From an uncultured Bacteroidales bacterium (GTDB taxonomy: Bacteria > Bacteroidota > Bacteroidia > Bacteroidales > AUK083), in contig CAYNBX010000001.1 of assembly GCA_964395505.1 (NCBI GenBank), positions 1-27,492 of the forward strand: a stretch of 27,492 nt of DNA, in the 5' to 3' direction. Below are positions 17,162 to 26,646 of this stretch, piece by piece. Both the position numbers and the translations under genes were made by a program. Every line of letters starts with the position of its first letter. Within the stretch, counting starts at the first letter, position 1. The notes below the pieces were generated by a model. The model was not told where the DNA came from, made no database searches, and saw only the letters and a list, made by a program, of their open reading frames with translations.

Positions 17162-19324
17162 TTAAGCTGCACTAGGAGGAGCAGGTTCATCAGCTTTTCC
17201 AGCTTTTTTTAATGGTATATTAATTAAAGCATATCCGATTAATCCTAAAACTAAAAGGCCGACAATGTAAGAAGGATGTTTGAAAATTGCATGTGGGAAG
17301 ACATTGCCGACAGCAAACATAGCAAACACCAGACCCATTAAGGCTTCACCTGCAATAAGACCTGAAGCTATTAAAATACCAGTATTTTCAACTCTAGTTT
17401 CTTGAGCTTTATTAAATTTTCTTTTTTTATTGTATATTTGAACAATAGCTTTGAGCATACCGCCAATAAAAATTGCAAAAGTTGTTTCCAAAGGCAAGTA
17501 CATACCAACACAAACCAACATTGGACTTTTAACCTGCATAAGAATAAAGCCAAAGCCCATAAGAATACCTGTTATTATAAGAGGCCAGGCCATATTGCCT
17601 CCTACAATACCTTCTGAAAGTAAAGCCATTAAATTTGCTTGTGGAGCAGATAGTTTAGGGCTGCCAAAACCACCCTGATATCCTTCACGAAGACCGGTTG
17701 CAACATCACCTTCATTTAAGAACTTTAAAACAAAAAACATAGCAGCTCCAGCAAAGAATACTCCGATAATATCACCTATTTCCATTTTCCAGGGAGTACC
17801 TCCAAGTATATGTCCTGCTTTCAAATCTTGCAACATTTCACCGGCAACAGCAGCAGAAACACAGACAATGGCTGCAACACCAAGCGTAGTTGCAATGCCT
17901 TGCTGTCCATGAACACCAAGCAAAACCATTATTAAAGCAGTTACAACTAATGCAGTTAATGTTAAACCACTTATAGGGTTATTGCTTGATCCCATAAGAC
18001 CAACTAAATAGCCTGAGACAGCAGCAAAGAAAAATGCAAGAATTATCATAAGTGTTGCAGCGACAAATGAAATTAAAATGCTGGCATCAAAAATATAATA
18101 AGTTATCAAATATGTGGCAATAGCAACTAAAACAATGCCTACCATAATCCATGTAAAACTAATATCTTTTTCATTTCGTGGAGTTTTAACTTCTATTCCA
18201 GCAGCAGCTTTTTTCACATCACCAACAGAATGCGCTATACCTTCCATTAAGCTTTTCCTCATCATCCATAGAGTATATATAGCTCCTACTAACATACCTC
18301 CAATTGCAATAGGCCGCACAATAAATTTCCATACATCATAAGCAGAGTTGATCCAAGCTTTATCAATTGCAGTACCCATTGTTAATTTTGCCGGGGCTTC
18401 GGAACCGGAAGCTATTGCAGCAGAAATTTTATCTGCATTATCTGCTAATATGCTGTTCGCCATTGCGTGTATATCAATGCTTGGTGCAATAAAATATAGT
18501 ATCATTGGAGTTAATAAACCCCAGGCGAGCAAACTGCCGCTAAAGTTTAGAGAAGCCAGTTTAGGACCAATTATATATCCAACACCTGTATAAGCAGGAC
18601 TTATTCCAGGAGAACCAATTAATATACCTCCTTTACCTATTATACCTTTAGCTGTAATTCCTGTTGTTCCTTTCAATCCGATAAATGATTTAGTTCCTGT
18701 TATTGCCTGTTTTGTAAAAACAAAAAATTTTTCCCAGTAAACAGAAAATAGTTTAAATTCACCTAAGGTCTTAACTAATCCCCCAAAGATCATTGCTCCA
18801 AAGAGATATTTGGAATTACCACTTGTTGCTTGCCCTGCTTTATGAATTTCAGCAGCAGCAATTGATTCGGGAAAAGGAAGTTCTGCGTCTTCTACCATTA
18901 CTCTTCTAAGTAAAGCTACAAAAATAACCCCAAGTACACCTCCTGCAAAAATAATTGCTGTGCTAGTTCCATAAGTGAAAAAATTTTCTACTCTTTCCCC
19001 ACTTCTTTGTGCATCAAGATAAACAATATAAAAAGCAGGTAATGTAAAAATAGCTCCAGCAGCTACTGATTCTCCAATAGAACCAACAGTACGAGTGAAA
19101 TTTTCTTCTAAAATAGATCCTTTCATAGACTTTATTAAAGCCATTCCAATTACTGCCGCAGGATAAGTTGCAGCTATTGTCATACCAGCTTTTAATCCTA
19201 AATATGCGTTTGCAGCTCCTAAAACTACAGCTAATATGATACCAATGATTAATGCTCTGAAAGTGAACTCTCTCATTGTTGTCTCAGATGAGACAAAAGG
19301 TACGTATTTTTTTCTTTCTGCCAT
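17162..19324 (-). CDS. OPT-family oligopeptide transporter (likely start at 19324; ORF track extends to 19372)
   Basis: REFTFRAL..ANAYLGLKAGMTIAATYPAAV, ILEEN, LPFPESIAAAEI, SNNPISG, LQDLKAGHILGGTPW, LSAPQANLM and GMYLP motifs. Confidence 0.9.
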   Translation of the reverse strand: MAERKKYVPFVSSETTMREFTFRALIIGIILAVVLGAANAYLGLKAGMTIAATYPAAVIGMALIKSMKGSILEENFTRTVGSIGESVAAGAIFTLPAFYIVYLDAQRSGERVENFFTYGTSTAIIFAGGVLGVIFVALLRRVMVEDAELPFPESIAAAEIHKAGQATSGNSKYLFGAMIFGGLVKTLGEFKLFSVYWEKFFVFTKQAITGTKSFIGLKGTTGITAKGIIGKGGILIGSPGISPAYTGVGYIIGPKLASLNFSGSLLAWGLLTPMILYFIAPSIDIHAMANSILADNADKISAAIASGSEAPAKLTMGTAIDKAWINSAYDVWKFIVRPIAIGGMLVGAIYTLWMMRKSLMEGIAHSVGDVKKAAAGIEVKTPRNEKDISFTWIMVGIVLVAIATYLITYYIFDASILISFVAATLMIILAFFFAAVSGYLVGLMGSSNNPISGLTLTALVVTALIMVLLGVHGQQGIATTLGVAAIVCVSAAVAGEMLQDLKAGHILGGTPWKMEIGDIIGVFFAGAAMFFVLKFLNEGDVATGLREGYQGGFGSPKLSAPQANLMALLSEGIVGGNMAWPLIITGILMGFGFILMQVKSPMLVCVGMYLPLETTFAIFIGGMLKAIVQIYNKKRKFNKAQETRVENTGILIASGLIAGEALMGLVFAMFAVGNVFPHAIFKHPSYIVGLLVLGLIGYALINIPLKKAGKADEPAPPSAA

Positions 19325-19469
19325 ATTTATTTTTTTTATTATTAGTAAATTATTTATTTGAATATTTAGCAAATTAAAATAAAATCTTTAAGAAAGGCAA
19401 AGAAAATTTTAATAGATAAATAATTATTTGATTTATTTCAATGATTATAAGTATATTATAAGTTAATAA

Positions 19470-20087
19470 TTAATAAATATATACAATCTTCTTTGTCTTA
19501 TAAAAATCCTCTGTAAAATAATTACTTAATTCATAAATTTTATATTTTCTTTTTAACTTTTTAAGCTCTTCATCAATGTTTCCGCCTTTAAGATAAAATA
19601 TACCATTTGGGAGTTCGTTAAATCCATTTTTATGAATATTATTTTTTACTAGATTAAAAAATACAGGTAAATTTGTAACAGCTCTAGATACAATAAAATC
19701 AAAACTATGGTTTATTTCCTCTACTCTTATTTTTTTAGCTAAAACATTTTTTAATCCAAGTTCATCAGCAATGGTTTTTACAACTAAAATTTTTTTCCCT
19801 ATGGAATCAATTAAATAAAAGAGAGAATCAGGAAAGAGTATTGAGAGAGGAATTCCAGGGAAACCACCTCCAGTTCCCACATCCATAATATTTGTCCCTT
19901 TTTTAAAATGTATGACTTTTGCAATACTTAAGCTGTGTAATACATGTCGTTCGTAAAAATTATTAATATCTTTTCTTGAAATAAGATTTATTTTAGAGTT
20001 CCATTCTAAATAAAGTTCTTGTAATTGTTTTAAACGTGAAAGCTGTTCTTTTGATAGTTCAGGAAAATATTTGCAAATTATTTGCAT
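19470..20087 (-). CDS. rsmG: 16S rRNA m7G527 methyltransferase
   Basis: WNSKINLISR, HVLHSL, MDVGTGGGFPGIPL, SRAV and YLKGG motifs. Confidence 0.95.
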   Translation of the reverse strand: MQIICKYFPELSKEQLSRLKQLQELYLEWNSKINLISRKDINNFYERHVLHSLSIAKVIHFKKGTNIMDVGTGGGFPGIPLSILFPDSLFYLIDSIGKKILVVKTIADELGLKNVLAKKIRVEEINHSFDFIVSRAVTNLPVFFNLVKNNIHKNGFNELPNGIFYLKGGNIDEELKKLKRKYKIYELSNYFTEDFYKTKKIVYIY

Positions 20088-20149
20088 TTAAAATTATTTA
20101 ATTTAAAATAATAATTTTATGATTTTTTTTAAACATTTTTAATTAGGCA

Positions 20150-20157
20150 CAAAACTA
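20150..20157 (-). promoter_or_regulatory. -7 element (TAGTTTTG) upstream of rsmG
   Basis: TAnnTTTG match on the minus strand, about 60 nt before the ATG. Confidence 0.4.
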
Positions 20158-20319
20158 CAAACAAATTTTAGATAATTAATTAAAACCCATTGATTACGTA
20201 ATAATTATTGTATTTAAAGAGAATGATAAACAAGTAATATAATTTATAATAATTATAAATTATATTTTTATAAAACAAAAATATTCAAATCGAATAACAT
20301 ATTTCTATTAATTTTTTTT

Positions 20320-20327
20320 TAATTTTG
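20320..20327 (+). promoter_or_regulatory. -7 element (TAATTTTG) upstream of the oxidoreductase operon
   Basis: TAnnTTTG match 28 nt before the ATG, in very AT-rich DNA. Confidence 0.4.
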
Positions 20328-20355
20328 TAAAAAATTATAAAATAAACAAATAGAT

Positions 20356-20580
20356 ATGGCAAAAATAGTAGGTGCAATTAAGGTAGATATTGAAAGATGC
20401 AAGGGCTGCAAATTATGTGTAGAGGCATGTCCAAAAAATGTAATTGCTCTTTCAAAAAAAGTAAACAGTAAAGGATATAATTATGCATATATGGCAAATC
20501 CTGATGCTTGTATAGGTTGTGCTAATTGTGGACTTGTATGTCCTGACAGTGTTATAACCGTTTATAGGACAAAAATTTAA
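20356..20580 (+). CDS. 2x[4Fe-4S] ferredoxin / delta subunit of 2-oxoacid:ferredoxin oxidoreductase
   Basis: CKGCKLCVEACP and CIGCANCGLVCP motifs. Confidence 0.9.
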   Translation: MAKIVGAIKVDIERCKGCKLCVEACPKNVIALSKKVNSKGYNYAYMANPDACIGCANCGLVCPDSVITVYRTKI

Positions 20581-20619
20581 TTTATTAAAAATTTAATTAA
20601 AAAAATATTTTAAAAAATA

Positions 20620-21708
20620 ATGGGTGAATTAAGATTAATGAAAGGCAATGAGGTGGTAGCAGAAGCAGCTATTCGAAGTGGGGTAGACGGTTATTTTGGC
20701 TATCCTATTACACCTCAATCAGAAGTAATGGAAACCTTGATGGCTCTTAAACCCTGGGAAACAACAGGGATGGTTGTTTTACAGGCTGAGAGTGAAATTG
20801 CTGCTATAAACATGCTTTATGGTGGTGCTTCTTGTGGTAAAAAAGTAATGACCACATCATCAAGTCCTGGTATAAGTTTAATGCAGGAAGGCATCTCATA
20901 TATTGCTGGAGCAGAACTTCCTTGTTTAATTATGAACTGTGTACGTGGTGGTCCCGGATTAGGGACTATTCAACCTGCCCAATCAGATTATTTTCAGGCT
21001 TGTAAAGGTGGGGGACACGGTGATTATCATTTACTTGTCCTTGCTCCTGCTTCTGTCCAGGAAATGAATGATTTTGTTGACTTAGGTTTTCAACTTGCAT
21101 TCAAATACCGTAATCCTGTCATGATGTTATCTGATGGAGCTATTGGACAGATGATGGAGAAAGTTGAACTTAGCGAATATAAACCCAGATGGACTGACAA
21201 AGAAATTCAAAAAATATCTGGTGATTGGGCTGCGACAGGTAAGCCTCCTGATAGAGAAAGACATATACTTACTTCTCTGGAACTGGATCCTGAGGTTATG
21301 GAAAAATTAAACTTAAAAATTCAGGCTAAATATAGAAAAATGGAAGAGGAAGAAGTAAGATATGAAGAAATTCAATGTGATGACGCTGAATACTTATTAG
21401 TAGCTTATGGCTCATCAGCAAGAATTTGTCAAAAATCTGTTCAAATAGCAAGAGAGAAAGGAATTAAGCTAGGCTTACTTCGTCCTATTACTCTTTATCC
21501 TTTCCCTGTTAAACCTATTGAGAAATTAGCTGAGAATGTAAAGGGAATTCTTTCAGTTGAAATGAGTGCAGGTCAAATGGTAGAAGACGTAAGACTTGCA
21601 GCCAATGGAAAAGTGCCTGTTGCACATTATGGCAGATTTGGGGGTATAATTCCATCTCCAAATGAAATTGTTGAATTTTTACAAAAAAAAATAATAGGAG
21701 GTAAATAA
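20620..21708 (+). CDS. vorB: 2-oxoacid:ferredoxin oxidoreductase alpha subunit (VorB-like, 3-methyl-2-oxobutanoate dehydrogenase type)
   Basis: MKGNEVVAEAA..YFGYPITPQSE, QAESEIAA, TTSSSPGISL and RGGPGLGTIQPAQSDY motifs. Confidence 0.85.
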   Translation: MGELRLMKGNEVVAEAAIRSGVDGYFGYPITPQSEVMETLMALKPWETTGMVVLQAESEIAAINMLYGGASCGKKVMTTSSSPGISLMQEGISYIAGAELPCLIMNCVRGGPGLGTIQPAQSDYFQACKGGGHGDYHLLVLAPASVQEMNDFVDLGFQLAFKYRNPVMMLSDGAIGQMMEKVELSEYKPRWTDKEIQKISGDWAATGKPPDRERHILTSLELDPEVMEKLNLKIQAKYRKMEEEEVRYEEIQCDDAEYLLVAYGSSARICQKSVQIAREKGIKLGLLRPITLYPFPVKPIEKLAENVKGILSVEMSAGQMVEDVRLAANGKVPVAHYGRFGGIIPSPNEIVEFLQKKIIGGK

Positions 21709-21710
21709 TC

Positions 21711-22523
21711 ATGGCAGAAATAGATTTAAAAGACATAATGAAAGAAGAGAACATAGTTTATAAGAAATCTAAACTTCTTACTGACAATATAATGCACTAT
21801 TGTCCTGGTTGTAGCCATGGTGTAGTTCATAAATTAATATCTGAAGTTATAGAAGAAATGGGTATTCAGGATAAAACCATAGGTATTGCTCCTGTAGGTT
21901 GTTCTGTATTTGCCTATAATTACATTGATATTGACTGGCAGGAAGCTGCTCATGGTAGAGCACCGGCTAATGCAACAGCAACAAAAAGACTGATGCCTGA
22001 TAAATATGTTTTTACTTACCAGGGTGATGGGGATCTGGCTTCTATTGGCGCTTGTGAAATTTTACATGCTTGTAATAGAGGTGAAAATATTACTGTCATT
22101 TTTATAAATAATGGAGTATATGGTATGACAGGTGCACAAATGGCTCCGACTACTTTAGTTGGAATGAAATCTTCGACAACTCCTTATGGAAGAAATATAG
22201 ATTTAAATGGATATCCATTAAAAATGACTGAAATAGTTGCTCAATTGCCAGGTACTGCTTATGTTACACGACAATCTGTTCATACTGCTGCAGCTATTCG
22301 TAAATGTAAAAAAGCAATACGTAAAGGTTTTGAAAATCAGGCAAAAAAAATAGGAACATCATTTATTGAAGTTACTTCTACTTGTAACTCAGGATGGAAA
22401 ATCCCACCTGTTGAAGCTAACAAATGGCTGGAGAAACATATGTTCTCATTTTATCCTCAAGGGGATTTGAAAGATAGTGAAAGAAATAACCCTGATGACT
22501 ACAAAAAATATATAGAAGATTAA
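21711..22523 (+). CDS. 2-oxoacid:ferredoxin oxidoreductase beta (TPP-binding) subunit
   Basis: HYCPGCSHG, PVGCS, AHGRAPA, QGDGDLASIG..NNGVYGMTGAQMAPTT motifs. Confidence 0.9.
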   Translation: MAEIDLKDIMKEENIVYKKSKLLTDNIMHYCPGCSHGVVHKLISEVIEEMGIQDKTIGIAPVGCSVFAYNYIDIDWQEAAHGRAPANATATKRLMPDKYVFTYQGDGDLASIGACEILHACNRGENITVIFINNGVYGMTGAQMAPTTLVGMKSSTTPYGRNIDLNGYPLKMTEIVAQLPGTAYVTRQSVHTAAAIRKCKKAIRKGFENQAKKIGTSFIEVTSTCNSGWKIPPVEANKWLEKHMFSFYPQGDLKDSERNNPDDYKKYIED

Positions 22524-22578
22524 CTGATTTACTGATTAATTAAAATGAATTGTATTAATTATTTAAAAATATAAAATT

Positions 22579-23133
22579 ATGACAGAAGAAATTATAATTG
22601 CTGGTTTTGGTGGTCAAGGTGTTCTTTCTATGGGCAAAATTCTTGCTTATTCAGGAGTAATGCAAAATCAAGAAGTTACCTGGTTCCCTTCTTATGGACC
22701 TGAGATGCGGGGGGGAACAGCTAATGTTATTGTTATTTTAAGTGATGACAGAATCAGTTCGCCGATTATCAGTGAATACGATACTGCTATCATCTTAAAT
22801 CAACAGTCAATGGATAAATTTGAAAAAACTGTTAAACCTGGAGGCTTATTATTATATGATCCTAACGGAATCATAAAACCACCAACAAGGACTGATATTA
22901 ATATTTATAAAATTGAAGGAGTGGAAGAAGCAGGTAAAATGGGAAATGCTAAAATTTTTAATATGATTGTCCTGGGAGGATATTTAAAAGTTAAACCTGT
23001 TATAAAAATAGAAAATATTGAAAAAGGTTTAAATAAATCACTCCCTGTAAGACATCATAATTTAATCCCTCTTAACTTAAAGGCTATAAAAAAAGGGATG
23101 GAAGTAGTTCAAGAAGTTTCATTAGTTAAATAA
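22579..23133 (+). CDS. 2-oxoacid:ferredoxin oxidoreductase gamma subunit
   Basis: IAGFGGQGV, PSYGPEMRGG and NMIVLG motifs. Confidence 0.9.
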   Translation: MTEEIIIAGFGGQGVLSMGKILAYSGVMQNQEVTWFPSYGPEMRGGTANVIVILSDDRISSPIISEYDTAIILNQQSMDKFEKTVKPGGLLLYDPNGIIKPPTRTDINIYKIEGVEEAGKMGNAKIFNMIVLGGYLKVKPVIKIENIEKGLNKSLPVRHHNLIPLNLKAIKKGMEVVQEVSLVK

Positions 23134-23158
23134 TAAAACTTCCTTTATTAAATTTTAT

Positions 23159-23190
23159 AAGGCTGTCTTATTATTAAGATAGCCTTTATT
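23159..23190 (+). terminator. Terminator hairpin after the oxidoreductase operon
   Basis: aaggctgtctt / aagatagcctt followed by T-rich sequence. Confidence 0.6.
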
Positions 23191-23252
23191 ATTTGAAATA
23201 TTTAATAAATTGAATGTAAAATAACATTATAAACACATAAAAAACAAAAGGT

Positions 23253-24641
23253 ATGTTTAACAAAAAAGTTTATACAAATAGGAGAAAACATTTAAAAGAA
23301 AAAGTTCAAAGCGGAGTTGTCTTAATTTTAGGCAATGCAGAATCACCAATGAATTATCTTGACAATACATTTCATTTTCGTCAAGATAGTACTTTTCTTT
23401 ATTTTTTTGGATTAGATTATCCAAACCTGGCTGCAATAATGGATATAGATGAAAATAAAGATTATATTTTTGGTGATGATGTGGACCTTGATGATATTAT
23501 CTGGATGGGGCCTCAAGCTTCTTTAAAGGAGAAAGCTTATAAAGTAGGTATTGAAAATACAGGTCCTTTTAATGACATAGCTGTTTTTTTAAATAAAGTC
23601 ATAAGACAAGGGAGGAAAATTCATTTTCTGCCTCCTTATCGTGCAGAAAATATAATTCTTTTAGAAAACATTCTGGGAATACATTCTTCGCAGATAAAAA
23701 ATTATGTATCGGAGAAATTAATTAAAGCTATTGTCAGTTTACGCTCAATAAAAGATGAATATGAAATTGCAGAAATTGAAAAAGCAATAGATATAGGTTA
23801 CGAAATGCATGTAACAGCTATGAAGATGGCAAAGCCTGGAATTTATGAAAGGGAGATAGCAGGAGTTATTGAGGGTATCACTATTTCAAATGGAGGTATG
23901 CTTTCTTTTCCTGTGATATTATCACAGCATGGGGAAACATTGCATAATCATTATCACGGCGATATTCTTGAAGCAGGGAAATTGATGCTTACAGATGCAG
24001 GAGCTGAAACTGAGATGCACTATGCTTCTGACTTTACCAGAACAATTCCTGTTAATGGAAAATTTACCGAGAGACAAAAGGAAATTTATGAAATTGTATT
24101 AAAAGCTAATATGGCTGCAATAAAAGCAAGCAAACCAGGAATTCCTTATTTAGATATTCATCTTTTAGCATGTAAAACTATTGCAAGCGGCTTAAAAGAC
24201 TTAGGTCTAATAAAGGGTGATGTTGAAGAAGCAGTAAAACAGGGAGCTCATGCTATGTTTATGCCTCACGGTCTGGGACACATGTTGGGTATGGATGTTC
24301 ATGATATGGAAAACCTTGGCGAAGATTATGTTGGTTATAATGACGAGGTACACAGAATAGACCAGTTTGGAACTGCTTATCTCAGATTAGCAAGAAAACT
24401 CCAACCTAACTTTGTTATGACTGATGAACCTGGAATTTATTTCATCCCTTCATTAATTGATAAATGGAGAAATGAAAAAAAATTTACTGAGTTTATCAAT
24501 TACGAGAAATTAGAAACTTATAAAAATTTTGGAGGAATTAGAATTGAAGATGATCTTATAGTTACTGATAATGGCTGTCGTGTTTTAGGGAAACCTATAC
24601 CTAAAACTATTGCTGATATTGAAAAAACAATGGCAGAATAA
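23253..24641 (+). CDS. pepP: Xaa-Pro aminopeptidase (aminopeptidase P, M24B)
   Basis: FRQDSTFLY.FG, TLHN, LTDAGAE..YASDFTRT, PHGLGHMLGMDVHD, TDEPGIYF and GIRIEDD motifs. Confidence 0.88.
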   Translation: MFNKKVYTNRRKHLKEKVQSGVVLILGNAESPMNYLDNTFHFRQDSTFLYFFGLDYPNLAAIMDIDENKDYIFGDDVDLDDIIWMGPQASLKEKAYKVGIENTGPFNDIAVFLNKVIRQGRKIHFLPPYRAENIILLENILGIHSSQIKNYVSEKLIKAIVSLRSIKDEYEIAEIEKAIDIGYEMHVTAMKMAKPGIYEREIAGVIEGITISNGGMLSFPVILSQHGETLHNHYHGDILEAGKLMLTDAGAETEMHYASDFTRTIPVNGKFTERQKEIYEIVLKANMAAIKASKPGIPYLDIHLLACKTIASGLKDLGLIKGDVEEAVKQGAHAMFMPHGLGHMLGMDVHDMENLGEDYVGYNDEVHRIDQFGTAYLRLARKLQPNFVMTDEPGIYFIPSLIDKWRNEKKFTEFINYEKLETYKNFGGIRIEDDLIVTDNGCRVLGKPIPKTIADIEKTMAE

Positions 24642-24784
24642 ATAAAATGGTATTTTTATATACAGTATTAATTACCCTTAAGATGTATAGGGAATCTAAA
24701 TGCTTTGCAAAATAAAATCAATAATGTAATAATAAATCCCCTGTAATTGCATAAAGTAAATAACCATTAAATAGAATTTTTAAT

Positions 24785-24919
24785 CCCAGCCATAAATGGC
24801 TGGGCTATTGATATAAATGACTGGGCTTTGGCAGTATAGCTTTACGGTTGTTTTTGTTTTTATATTTTACAATCTTTGCACTTCATACTTAGTTATACAT
24901 TTTTAGTCCTTTCAGGACT
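24785..24919. repeat. REP-like palindromes
   Basis: cccagcca-taaa-tggctggg (24785-24804); direct repeat ataaatg(g/a)ctgggct at 24792 and 24814; agtcct-ttc-aggact (24905-24919). Confidence 0.45.
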
Positions 24920-25221
24920 GACATAAAGATTTTACAAAATATGCTTATTTCTAAAAGTATTTCAAGCAGATTAAACCTAATCTATCAATAATTTTTGTTT
25001 TTATTTAGTCGATTATTATTTACAGGGTTTAATTTGCGTTCAATCTTTGCTGTCTTTATATAACCTTAAATCCGCAAAATAAATCTACCCCAAAGCGGAA
25101 CTCCACGCTATTGTGGGGAATTATCGCTTAGAGTTTCTCACTGTATATAGTGCTATACCTGTGATGCTCTTTCGATGTGCTACACCCACAATGACTAACA
25201 TTTCAACTTTTAATAACGAAG

Positions 25222-25367
25222 TAGTGTCGGTCTATAAAGTCGGTGTTTGATTCAGAATGTTCGAGTTCGAGGCTTGCGAAGTCTTTAAAATCAGGGAGTT
25301 TACTTTTGTAAATGACTGTTTTAAAGACGAGCATAACGAAGAAATCGGACATTATGGACAAACACTA
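25222..25367. mobile_element. 146-bp MITE-like element with imperfect TIRs, TA at both ends and a central hairpin
   Basis: Left end tagtgtcggtctataaagtc; reverse complement of right end tagtgtttgtccataatgtc. Internal hairpin gtctttaaaatcag...tttac-tttt-gtaaa...ctgttttaaagac (25281-25328). A partial second copy lies at 3201-3253. Confidence 0.7.
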
Positions 25368-25467
25368 AGTAGTTTACGGATTTAAGATATAAGAGGAGTT
25401 AATTCAATATATCAAGAAATTATTTAGTCCTTTATATCACAATTTTAAAAATTAAATCATATTATCA

Positions 25468-25475
25468 TATCTTTG
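25468..25475 (+). promoter_or_regulatory. -7 element (TATCTTTG) of the ychF promoter
   Basis: TAnnTTTG match followed by CA, 24 nt before the ATG. Confidence 0.6.
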
Positions 25476-25499
25476 CAATATTAATATAATGAAATAAAA

Positions 25500-26597
25500 A
25501 TGGCTTTAAAGTGTGGAATCATAGGTTTGCCCAATGTAGGAAAATCAACCTTATTTAATTGTTTATCAAATGCTAAGGCACAGACTGCAAATTTTCCTTT
25601 TTGTACAATTGAGCCGAATATCGGGGTTATTTCTGTACCAGATGAACGTTTAGAAGTACTTGCAAAATTAGTAAATCCTGCACGAATAGTGCCGGCAACT
25701 ATTCAATTTGTTGATATTGCAGGTCTCGTTAAAGGTGCCAGCAAAGGTGAAGGTTTAGGAAATAGATTTTTAGCAAAAATAAGGGAAACGGATGCTTTAA
25801 TCCATATTATAAGATGTTTTGATGATGATAATGTAGTACATGTTGACGGCTCTGTTAACCCTGTTAGAGATAAAGAAGTTGTTGATTATGAATTAGAGAT
25901 AAAAGATCTGGAATCAATAGATAAGAAAATTCAAAAATACGAAAAGCTTGTTAAGCTTGGAGAAAAAGATGCTAGTAAAATATTGGAAGTTTTAAAAATC
26001 TACAAATCTCATCTTGAATTCGGTAAATTAGCTCATACAGTTGATGTGGATGCAGAAGATAAAAAATATGTAAAAGATTTATTTTTACTAACAGATAAGC
26101 CTGTATTGTACGTTTGTAATGTTGATGAATCTTCAGTTGTAAATGGCAATAAATATTCTGAACAGATAAAGGAAATTGTAAAAGATGAAAATACTGAAGT
26201 TTTAATTATTTCAGCTGAAATGGAAGCAGAGATAGCTGAATTAGAGAGCGTAGAAGACAGGAAGATGTTTTTAAATGATATAGGTTTAAAAGAATCAGCA
26301 GTTAACAAATTAATTAAATCAGCTTATAAATTATTAAATCTTTTAACATTTTTTACTGCTGGTCCTAAAGAAGTTAGAGCCTGGACTATTACAAATGGAA
26401 TGACAGCTCAACAAGCTGCTGGTGTTATCCACAGTGATTTTGAACGTGGATTTATTCGTGCAGAAGTTATTAAATATAAAGATTTTATTGAATTAGGCTC
26501 AGAACAGGCTTGCAAGGAGGCAGGGAAAATCGCTATTGAAGGCAAAGATTATATTGTGAAAAATGGTGATATTATGCACTTTAGATTCAATGTTTAG
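25500..26597 (+). CDS. ychF: Ribosome-binding ATPase YchF
   Basis: GLPNVGKST, NFPFCTIEPN, DIAGLVKGASKGEGLGN, FTAGPKEVRAW and HSDFERGFIRAE motifs. Confidence 0.97.
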   Translation: MALKCGIIGLPNVGKSTLFNCLSNAKAQTANFPFCTIEPNIGVISVPDERLEVLAKLVNPARIVPATIQFVDIAGLVKGASKGEGLGNRFLAKIRETDALIHIIRCFDDDNVVHVDGSVNPVRDKEVVDYELEIKDLESIDKKIQKYEKLVKLGEKDASKILEVLKIYKSHLEFGKLAHTVDVDAEDKKYVKDLFLLTDKPVLYVCNVDESSVVNGNKYSEQIKEIVKDENTEVLIISAEMEAEIAELESVEDRKMFLNDIGLKESAVNKLIKSAYKLLNLLTFFTAGPKEVRAWTITNGMTAQQAAGVIHSDFERGFIRAEVIKYKDFIELGSEQACKEAGKIAIEGKDYIVKNGDIMHFRFNV

Positions 26598-26646
26598 AAT
26601 TGTATGGTTTTTACGAGCTGATTTGTGATAAACAAAATATACTATA

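Noticed and set aside
14715-20087. Replication origin suggested by rpmH and rsmG being close together
   Set aside because: No dnaA, rnpA, yidC or mnmG in the window, and I found no cluster of TTATCCACA boxes.
8253-26308. Remaining short ORFs nested in mutA, mutB, the dGTPase, pepD, OPT, vorB and ychF
   Set aside because: Shadow frames of well-supported genes.
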